Source: a virus
Taxonomy: Duplodnaviria > Caudoviricetes
Length of the DNA stretch: 35,690 bases
IMG/VR virus record: IMGVR_UViG_3300017650_000231
Location: 1 to 35,690 of that record
Direction: 5' to 3' (one strand)
Shown here one piece after another: positions 26,278 through 32,944 of this stretch (positions within the stretch are counted from its first letter, which is position 1; each line of letters starts with the position of its first letter). The position numbers and the translations under genes are program-made. Below the pieces are notes generated by a model. That model was not told the origin of the DNA. It was given only the letters and a program-made list of their open reading frames with translations, and did no database searches.

Positions 26278-26784
26278 GTGCAAGAGGATCGGGGGACACG
26301 TTCTCGGGCCATAGGATCCGGGAACATTCAGGTCGGCGGAGATCTCTACATTTCCGTTTATCACACGACCACTGCTCTACCGCGCAGCAGATTGACGGCT
26401 CAGCACAAACGCCAAATCGCAGCGCTAGTGGGGGCGATTGAGCAAGCAGAGTTGGGCAAGGTTTCGGCAAAGATCATTCGAGGGTCAATGAATCGAAAGC
26501 TTGGCGTTCGCACGATTGACGAGTTGGATGCCAACGACCTACCTAAAGCGCTGCTGTATCTGAACGGCTGGCGAGCGTGTGTCGGAAATGAACCGTTGTC
26601 GGATGCAGCGATGGTCTCTCAGATCTTGCGGATGGGAGCTATCTGTGGGTTGCTGGGCGAGGTGGAAGAGTTCGCACAACGTGCATTTCATACCACCCAG
26701 ATTATGTCGCTAAAGGGCTGGAGTCTTAAATGCGTGATGGCATATGCCATGTATAAATGGCAACGACATTGGGGACAGATTTAA
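26278..26784 (+). CDS. Hypothetical protein: N-terminal QVGG motif plus ORF6C-like domain
   Basis: GTG start with GAGGGG RBS; LT...K..I..LV ... KLGV..IDEL...D...AL.YL..W resembles antirepressor-associated ORF6C. Confidence 0.7.
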   Translation: MQEDRGTRSRAIGSGNIQVGGDLYISVYHTTTALPRSRLTAQHKRQIAALVGAIEQAELGKVSAKIIRGSMNRKLGVRTIDELDANDLPKALLYLNGWRACVGNEPLSDAAMVSQILRMGAICGLLGEVEEFAQRAFHTTQIMSLKGWSLKCVMAYAMYKWQRHWGQI

Positions 26785-27068
26785 TGCTGAGCAAAGCTTT
26801 CGAAGTGTTCGCGTGGTCGTCGTTGGCTATGTCCGTCTATTTCGTCGTGCGTAGCATGTATATCGCGGTTCTGTACGATCATTATGTCTCAGTGACCCGG
26901 ACGCCTGTCTCTAGGTTGAAAGGTACCTGGACGCAGCTTCTTTTAGGATTACTCGCACTCGTCCTGACAGTTGCTTTCGCCTTTGGTGCGTATTTCACCT
27001 TACCTACGAAGTTTAGGGCTGCCGGGTTCCCAGCCTTATCGGCCATCAGCGCAGTTGCAATCGCCTAA
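26784..27068 (+). CDS. Small membrane protein (2 or 3 TM segments)
   Basis: ATG overlaps the upstream TAA (TAATG); two clear hydrophobic stretches; low GC. Confidence 0.65.
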   Translation: MLSKAFEVFAWSSLAMSVYFVVRSMYIAVLYDHYVSVTRTPVSRLKGTWTQLLLGLLALVLTVAFAFGAYFTLPTKFRAAGFPALSAISAVAIA

Positions 27069-27074
27069 CTGCTA

Positions 27075-27170
27075 CTGCTGAAACGTTTCATCAATTCCTA
27101 GCCTACCCCCATCCGTAACCTTGACCTCGGCAAGGTTACGGGTGCCACCATCAAGCGCACCCAGGTTTAC
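27075..27170 (+). repeat. 96-bp direct repeat, copy 1 (late promoter plus structured leader)
   Basis: Matches 27695-27790 with 8 mismatches, all within 27096-27105; last 65 bp identical. Confidence 0.95.
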
Positions 27171-27182
27171 AGGGGACGCGCG

Positions 27183-27416
27183 ATGCCACACCTCCCGCCA
27201 CCGCTGGGTGGTACCTCTTTCTTCTCGGTGTCGTTGGCCGATGCATCGATAGTCGAAGCGATGCATCGAGAGATCTCTAACGGCCTAGCAACCGGGGAAC
27301 CGGCCACCGTTGTTCGCGCCAATATCGAAGCACTGATGGACCGACCGCATGGTCTGTGCACCCATCGAGAAACGTCGGTGGATACGTCAAGTGATTGTCG
27401 ACCATCAAAGCCATGA
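27183..27416 (+). CDS. Possible 77-aa ORF driven by repeat copy 1
   Basis: AGGGG RBS; ATG lies 12 nt after the repeat, as the holin ATG lies 11 nt after copy 2; overlaps an antisense ORF. Confidence 0.35.
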   Translation: MPHLPPPLGGTSFFSVSLADASIVEAMHREISNGLATGEPATVVRANIEALMDRPHGLCTHRETSVDTSSDCRPSKP

Positions 27417-27630
27417 TGTATTGGGCCATTAGCTCGGCCAGCAACAGCCGGTAGCCCTCAGACCATTGCGCAATCTCTTCCGCAGTTAGTGAGTTGCCCT
27501 CCAGGAGGGCAAAAAATCCCGCCTCCAAGTCAAGCGGAAGTGCGCGATCACCGCGAACTAAGCGGTTTTTTTGCGCAAATCCATAGAAGAACTCCACCAC
27601 TTGATCGGCCGATACATGGGTTGGGGGCAT
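27277..27630 (-). CDS. Hypothetical accessory protein between the repeats
   Basis: 117 aa protein-like sequence (MPPTHVSADQVVEFFYGF...); lower GC; AT-rich upstream region. Confidence 0.55.
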   Translation of the reverse strand: MPPTHVSADQVVEFFYGFAQKNRLVRGDRALPLDLEAGFFALLEGNSLTAEEIAQWSEGYRLLLAELMAQYIMALMVDNHLTYPPTFLDGCTDHAVGPSVLRYWREQRWPVPRLLGR

Positions 27631-27694
27631 GTTATTGCCTTCATTTTTTTGGACCTTTTGCAGATTAGCACCCTTGCGAACACTCCCTCGACTG

Positions 27695-27790
27695 CTGCTG
27701 AAACGTTTCATCAATCGCTGATACCCCCCCATCCGTAACCTTGACCTCGGCAAGGTTACGGGTGCCACCATCAAGCGCACCCAGGTTTAC
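27695..27790 (+). promoter_or_regulatory. 96-bp direct repeat, copy 2: putative lysis/packaging late promoter and leader
   Basis: TGAAACGTTTCATCA-N22-TAACCT; 11-bp-stem hairpin CCGTAACCTTG/CAAGGTTACGG; directly upstream of the holin gene. Confidence 0.75.
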
Positions 27791-27801
27791 CTGGAGTGCG
27801 T

Positions 27802-28197
27802 ATGAAAATTCCTCGGGTCAAAACGCCCCGGCTCACGCTCTGGTTCGTCATCAGCGTGGCGCTGGCGGTGCTCGCCTACACGACACGGCAGCATGACACG
27901 CTGCTGTCCATCACCTTCTACAAAGCCCACCTCATGTCCCTGGGCGGCTGGGGCGGATACTGGCTCGACCGGGTCCTGTTCCCCTATGCCCGCCCGCATA
28001 CGTTCCTCGACGCACTGGCGCCGGAAGTCGAGGTCGATGAAGGCGTCCTGAAGGCCGTCCGGTCGGTCGACGACATCCCGCAGTTGTCCATGGAATCCCT
28101 CGATGGCATGGGCGGTATGGGGCTGTTCTGCATGGCTGCACTGCGACGCGCGGTCATCGTTGCGGCCAGCCTGATCTGCGTGGGGATGGCCGCATGA
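27802..28197 (+). CDS. Putative holin (2-3 TM type)
   Basis: PR...W, YK..L.SLG...GYWLDR.LFPYARP, RRA.IV.A motifs; first gene of the lysis cassette. Confidence 0.85.
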   Translation: MKIPRVKTPRLTLWFVISVALAVLAYTTRQHDTLLSITFYKAHLMSLGGWGGYWLDRVLFPYARPHTFLDALAPEVEVDEGVLKAVRSVDDIPQLSMESLDGMGGMGLFCMAALRRAVIVAASLICVGMAA

Positions 28198-28886
28198 TTG
28201 CGCCCGTCCTTCCCTTCATTGCGGGACTCGCGCTGATCTGGCTGGCCATTCGGTGTCCGGCTGACGAGTTCAAGCGTCCTTATGTGGCGGGCTTCGCGTG
28301 GACGGCGGTCTTCCTGCTCTTAAGCCTGATCGCCACAGCGGCACACGCCCAGGTTCCCCAGGATGCATTGCGCTACCGGCTGGAGCTGAAGCGCCAGGCG
28401 CAACTGGTCTGGGGCCTGGATGCCCCGGTGGCGACGTTTGCCGCGCAGATCCACCAGGAAAGCCGCTGGCGGGCCGATGCACGAAGCCCTGTAGGGGCAC
28501 AAGGGCTCGCCCAGTTCATGCCCGTCACGGCCTCGTGGATCAGCGGCGCCTACCCAGCTCTCGGCGAGAACGCCCCGTTCAATCCGACCTGGGCACTACG
28601 CGCGCTGGTGACCTACGACAAGCACCTGCACGCACGGGTTGCCGCGCGGGACCCGTGCGAGCGCATGGCGTTTGTTCTGTCTGCCTACAACGGCGGGCTG
28701 GGATGGGTCTACAAGCGTCAGCGCGTATCCAGCACGCCCGACGTGTGCCTGGGCGCTACGTGCGAGATCAACCCCGGGATCACGTCCGCCAACCAGCGGG
28801 AGAACGCGGCCTATCCGCGCCGCATCCTGCTGCAACACGAACCGCTGTATCGCAAGGCCAACTGGGGTGCGGGGAGCTGCCCATGA
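28194..28886 (+). CDS. Endolysin, soluble lytic transglycosylase (SLT) family
   Basis: QIHQES.W...A.S.VGAQGLAQFMP.T and SAYNGG.G motifs; hydrophobic N-terminus. Confidence 0.93.
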   Translation: MIAPVLPFIAGLALIWLAIRCPADEFKRPYVAGFAWTAVFLLLSLIATAAHAQVPQDALRYRLELKRQAQLVWGLDAPVATFAAQIHQESRWRADARSPVGAQGLAQFMPVTASWISGAYPALGENAPFNPTWALRALVTYDKHLHARVAARDPCERMAFVLSAYNGGLGWVYKRQRVSSTPDVCLGATCEINPGITSANQRENAAYPRRILLQHEPLYRKANWGAGSCP

Positions 28887-29485
28887 ACGGATTCGGATCT
28901 GCGATAGCGGCGGCCACGGGCCAGCGGCTGGTGTGGGGATTGATTGCGGTCCTGATGCTGCTGGCGGCCGCCTGCGGCCTCACGGGCTACCTGGTCTACG
29001 ACTACATGGACAACGCACGCACGGCCGACGTGGCGAAGGTCCAGGGGACGCTGGACAAGCTGCTGCTGGATCAGGCCAATGCGGCGCTGGACGATACCCG
29101 CCAGGTTCGGGCGGCCGAACACGAGTCTGTGTCCGACATGGCCCGGGCCATGGTCGACCTCAAAAAGGTGATCAACGATGGTCAGCAACGTCAGAAGAAG
29201 TTTGAAGGTGACCTGCGCTCTGGCGCTATCCGGGTGTTCGTCCCTGTCGTGCCCGCCCGCACCGCCGCCGGATCCCCCGGCGCCGCAGATGCAACTGGCG
29301 CCGCTGCCGCTGGAGAAGCGCGTGCCGAACTTGCGCCAGCGTTTGCATCAGCTCTGGACGGTATCACCGCCGACGGAGACGCCTACATCGAAGAACTGAA
29401 TTTCTGCATCGACCGCTACAACGCGGAGCGTCAGCGCGCCGCCGAGCTGGAGCGGCGCAGGGCTGCGGGGGGCACCGGGCGATGA
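28883..29485 (+). CDS. Rz: i-spanin (Rz-like)
   Basis: ATG 28883 overlaps the endolysin stop; N-terminal TM, coiled coil, LRSG..R..VP, RAEL...DGD..I.ELN.C. Confidence 0.85.
   Translation: MNGFGSAIAAATGQRLVWGLIAVLMLLAAACGLTGYLVYDYMDNARTADVAKVQGTLDKLLLDQANAALDDTRQVRAAEHESVSDMARAMVDLKKVINDGQQRQKKFEGDLRSGAIRVFVPVVPARTAAGSPGAADATGAAAAGEARAELAPAFASALDGITADGDAYIEELNFCIDRYNAERQRAAELERRRAAGGTGR
29178..29399 (+). CDS. Rz1: o-spanin (Rz1-like lipoprotein) embedded in Rz
   Basis: Alternate frame within Rz; lipobox LSGC; Pro-rich mature part. Confidence 0.8.
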   Translation: MVSNVRRSLKVTCALALSGCSSLSCPPAPPPDPPAPQMQLAPLPLEKRVPNLRQRLHQLWTVSPPTETPTSKN

Positions 29486-29709
29486 ATGAACGGCTGTTCG
29501 AGCTGGCCCAGCAGTTGGAAGAGCGGGCGCGCGAGGAAGGGCTGGCCAGGATCCAGCGCGCCAATGTCCCGAACGGAACGGCCCGCATGTCGTGTATCGA
29601 CTGCGAGGACGACATTCCGGCAGAACGCCGGGCGGCAGTAGTCAACGTGCAGCGCTGCATAGCCTGCGAAATCCGCGTCGAGAAGGCGAACAAATGGGGG
29701 AAGAAATGA
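29482..29709 (+). CDS. TraR/DksA-type C4 zinc-finger protein
   Basis: CIDCEDDIP.ERR......RCI.C. Confidence 0.9.
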   Translation: MNERLFELAQQLEERAREEGLARIQRANVPNGTARMSCIDCEDDIPAERRAAVVNVQRCIACEIRVEKANKWGKK

Positions 29710-29990
29710 TGTCGGCAAACGAAGCGGGTACGCAGCGCGTGCTGGGCGAGATCCTGGGCGAGCTGCGAGGCATTCGCAGCCAGATGGAGAGCAACCAGGA
29801 GGCGACGAATCGCCGTATCGATGACCTCAAGGCCAGCGTCGACACGCGCATCAACGGTCTGACCGATCGGGTCGAAGTGGTGGAAGCCGGCCAGGCCAAG
29901 CTGCTGACGAAGACGGCCAGCCTGGGCGGTGTCGCGGGCGGCCTGGTGTCGGGAGTGATCGAACTGATCAAGTGGAAGGTCGGCGGCTGA
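29706..29990 (+). CDS. Hypothetical coiled-coil protein with C-terminal hydrophobic segment
   Basis: ATG overlaps the upstream stop; LGEI.G.L and GGVAGGLVSGVIELIK. Confidence 0.75.
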   Translation: MMSANEAGTQRVLGEILGELRGIRSQMESNQEATNRRIDDLKASVDTRINGLTDRVEVVEAGQAKLLTKTASLGGVAGGLVSGVIELIKWKVGG

Positions 29991-30487
29991 TGGCCCACGA
30001 CCAGAAAACCCGCAACCAGGTCCGCGCCAAGTACATCCAGGGCCTGCCCCTGGCTACAGCGGCGGAGACCTGCCAGGTGGCGTACCAGACGGCGCGCAAC
30101 TGGAAGCGGGCGGCCAAAGAGAACGGCGACGACTGGGACCACGCGCGCGCGGCGCGGCGGCTCTCGAAGGGCAGCATCGAAGAGCTGACGAACCAGGTGC
30201 TGGAAGAGCTGACGACCCAGTTCATGGCCACGTTCGAGGCGATGAAGGCCGACCCGACGATGGATGCGGTCAAGAAGTCGGACATCCTGGCCCGGCTGTC
30301 CGACAGCTACGTCAAGACGGTCAATGCGGCCGGGCGCGCCAACCCGGCGTTGAACGAGCTGTCGCGCACGATGGACGTGCTCAAGGACTTGAGCGAGTTC
30401 ATCGCCGACCGTTTTTCCAAGCACCGCGCGGCGTTCCTGGAGATCCTGGAGGCGTATGGGCAAGAGGTGGCGCGCAAACACGGGTAA
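29990..30487 (+). CDS. Terminase small subunit-like (DUF1804, Mu gp27-like)
   Basis: MAH....R..VR..Y...L.L..AA....V.Y.TARNWK..A...GDDWD.AR motif. Confidence 0.85.
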   Translation: MAHDQKTRNQVRAKYIQGLPLATAAETCQVAYQTARNWKRAAKENGDDWDHARAARRLSKGSIEELTNQVLEELTTQFMATFEAMKADPTMDAVKKSDILARLSDSYVKTVNAAGRANPALNELSRTMDVLKDLSEFIADRFSKHRAAFLEILEAYGQEVARKHG

Positions 30488-30602
30488 GTGGGCGGTACGC
30501 GCGGCAGTAGTGGGCGTGACCGCGTTGGTGTACCTGCAGATCCTGTTGTCCCTGCTGGAAGTTCGGCGGGCATTGATTGATCTGCAGGTGCTTTTTCGTT
30601 GA
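30456..30602 (+). CDS. Unannotated 48-aa single-TM peptide
   Basis: GGAGG just before ATG 30456; MGKRWRANTGKWAVRAAVVGVTALVYLQILLSLLEVRRALIDLQVLFR*; fills the gap. Confidence 0.45.
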   Translation: MGKRWRANTGKWAVRAAVVGVTALVYLQILLSLLEVRRALIDLQVLFR

Positions 30603-30624
30603 AGGCAGGCAAAGAGGCAGTGGC

Positions 30625-31332
30625 GTGAACGAACGAGACAGGATCTTGGACAAGATCAGGAAGTGCCTAGCGTTGTCGGCCAGCAGCAATGAGCATGAGG
30701 CCAAGGCGGCCTTGCGCCAGGCCCGCAAGCTGATGGAGACGCACGGCATCAGCGAGCTGGACGTTCAAGCGGCGGAAGCCGAAGAGCGCCGCGCACGATC
30801 CAATGCTGAAGCCAGGCCGGCAAACTGGGAAACGGCGCTTGCATGCCACATCGCCGATGCATTTGGCTGCAAGGTCATTTTCTCCAGCGGAGCGTGGTCA
30901 GCGCATCGTCGGGCGCGTGGTGAGTGGTGCTATATCGGCTGCGGCGCGGCGCCTGAGGTTGCACAGTACGCATTCTCGGTACTGGAACGGCAAGCCAGGC
31001 GAGCGCGCGAAAGCCATATCAAGGCCCGCCTAAAACGCTGCAAACAGGCCACGAAGACCCGCCGCGCCGACCTGTTCAGTGAGGGCTGGGTTCGCGCTGT
31101 AGCCGGCACCATTGAAGCGTTCGCCGGGAATGACCAGCAATCCGCGGCAATCGATGCCTACGTGGCGTCCCGTTACCCGGCGCTTCGGGATTTGCAGGCG
31201 ACCGACCGGAACGGGGGCCGGCGCTTGCGCGAGCATGAGTACAACGATTTCGCCGCTGGGCATGAGTCTGGCCGAGACGTTCGGCTCAACCGTGGCGTGG
31301 CCGGCAGCGAACCGCTACGAGCGCTGGAATAA
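30625..31332 (+). CDS. DUF2786-domain protein
   Basis: ILDKIRKCLALS.SSNEHEA.AALRQA.KLM..HGI; GTG start with AGAGG. Confidence 0.85.
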   Translation: MNERDRILDKIRKCLALSASSNEHEAKAALRQARKLMETHGISELDVQAAEAEERRARSNAEARPANWETALACHIADAFGCKVIFSSGAWSAHRRARGEWCYIGCGAAPEVAQYAFSVLERQARRARESHIKARLKRCKQATKTRRADLFSEGWVRAVAGTIEAFAGNDQQSAAIDAYVASRYPALRDLQATDRNGGRRLREHEYNDFAAGHESGRDVRLNRGVAGSEPLRALE

Positions 31333-31337
31333 GAGAC

Positions 31338-32936
31338 ATGGCAAAGAGTCGCCTTTCATCCAAGCAGTTCCTGGAAGAGCTGGCCGCGTTCGCGGACGAA
31401 CAGCGCCAGCTTATCGAGACCGACTGCGCGGCATTCCCGACCGACCATGCCGCCCGCGATCAGCGCATGACGCGCGTGCAGAACGGCGACTTCCGATTCT
31501 TCTTCTACACGTACTTTCCACACTACATTCGGTCGCCCGAGCCCTCGGTATTCCATGACTGGGCGTTCGACACCTTGCCGGCCAGGATCGACAGCCCCAA
31601 GGGCTGCAAAATCGACGCGTCGGCGCCGCGCGGCGAAGCGAAATCCACGGTGGTCACGCAGGCGTTCACGCTGTTCTGCATCGTCACCCGCCGCAAGCGG
31701 TTCATCCCCATCGTGATGGACTCCCTGGATCAGGCGCGCATGATGCTGGAAGCCATCAAGGTCGAACTGACTGAGAACCCCCGGTTGCGCATGGATTTCG
31801 CCGAGGCCGTGGGCCAGGGCCGTGTCTGGAATGCCGGGATCGCGCTGACCGCGCAGAACATCAAGCTGCAGGCGTTTGGCTCGGGCACCCGCATGCGGGG
31901 CATCCGACATGGCCCGTACCGGCCGGATCTGGTGCTGTTGGATGACATCGAGAACGACGAGAACGTCACGCAGAAGACCCAGCGGGACAAGAAGGAAGCC
32001 TGGCTGCGCAAGGTCGTGATGCCGCTTGGCCCGCCGGACGGCAGCATGGACATCGTGTACCTGAACACGATCCTGCACTACGACTCGGTCGCCAACCGCA
32101 TCCACAAGTCCCCGCTGTGGGAGTCGGTGAAGTTCAAGGCCATCATCGAATGGCCCAAGCGCATGGACCTTTGGGAAAAGTGGGAGGAAATCTTCCTCAA
32201 CCAAGGCGAGGAAGAGGCCGACGCCTACTACGCACAGCGCAAAGCGGAAATGGATGATGGCGCCGTGGTGTCGTGGCCGTCGATGCGTCCGCTGCTGATG
32301 CTGATGAAGATCCGGGCGGACGATCACCATGCGTTCGACTGCGAATATCAAAACGACCCGGCCAGCGACGAGAATGCCCCGTTCCAGATCATTACGTTCT
32401 GGGTTCAACCCTGCCGCGATTGGATCTTTTTCGGGTCCAACGATCCGTCTATGGGCAAACAGAACAAGGGGCGTGATCCTTGCGCCATCTTGGTGGGCGG
32501 TTTGGACCGTGCTCAAGGCATCTTGGACGTAGTCGAAGCCCGCGTGGTGCGTATGGTGCCGGACATGCAGATCCAAACTATGGTCGACTTTCAGCGCGAG
32601 TACAACTGTCTGGTGTGGGGCATCGAAGCCGTCGCGTTTCAGGAGTTCTTCAAGGACGAACTGGTCAAGCGCTCGCGCAAAGTTGGCATCCCCGTACCGG
32701 CACGAGGCCTCACTCCCAATAGTGACAAGGACCTGCGCATTCTCTCTCTACAGCCGCATGTAGCAAACGGCACGATACGCCTGCACCGCAACCAGTCCAC
32801 CCTGTTCGAGCAGCTCCGACATTACCCCGAGGCCGATCACGACGACGGCCCCGACGCCCTGCAGATGCTGTTCATGCTGGCATTCAGCGGCCTGGGCGCC
32901 ACCATCCCCAAGATTCTGACCGGCAAGCGCCGATAG
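31338..32936 (+). CDS. terL: Terminase large subunit (Mu gp28-like)
   Basis: Walker A APRGEAKST, Walker B LVLLDDIE, nuclease DPS and HDDGPDA motifs. Confidence 0.95.
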   Translation: MAKSRLSSKQFLEELAAFADEQRQLIETDCAAFPTDHAARDQRMTRVQNGDFRFFFYTYFPHYIRSPEPSVFHDWAFDTLPARIDSPKGCKIDASAPRGEAKSTVVTQAFTLFCIVTRRKRFIPIVMDSLDQARMMLEAIKVELTENPRLRMDFAEAVGQGRVWNAGIALTAQNIKLQAFGSGTRMRGIRHGPYRPDLVLLDDIENDENVTQKTQRDKKEAWLRKVVMPLGPPDGSMDIVYLNTILHYDSVANRIHKSPLWESVKFKAIIEWPKRMDLWEKWEEIFLNQGEEEADAYYAQRKAEMDDGAVVSWPSMRPLLMLMKIRADDHHAFDCEYQNDPASDENAPFQIITFWVQPCRDWIFFGSNDPSMGKQNKGRDPCAILVGGLDRAQGILDVVEARVVRMVPDMQIQTMVDFQREYNCLVWGIEAVAFQEFFKDELVKRSRKVGIPVPARGLTPNSDKDLRILSLQPHVANGTIRLHRNQSTLFEQLRHYPEADHDDGPDALQMLFMLAFSGLGATIPKILTGKRR

Positions 32937-32944
32937 GTACCCAT

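Noticed and set aside
27631-27780. N-terminal extension of the 167-aa minus-strand ORF (27277-27780)
   Set aside because: It runs through the promoter repeat; ATG 27630 is the more plausible start.
27075-27790. Repeat pair as a CRISPR array, DGR template/variable repeat or att sites
   Set aside because: Only two copies 620 bp apart; mismatches are clustered and not adenine-specific; no cas, reverse transcriptase or recombinase gene in the window.
28298-28882. Upstream half of the 395-aa ORF 28298-29485
   Set aside because: Overlaps the endolysin out of frame; Rz starts at ATG 28883.
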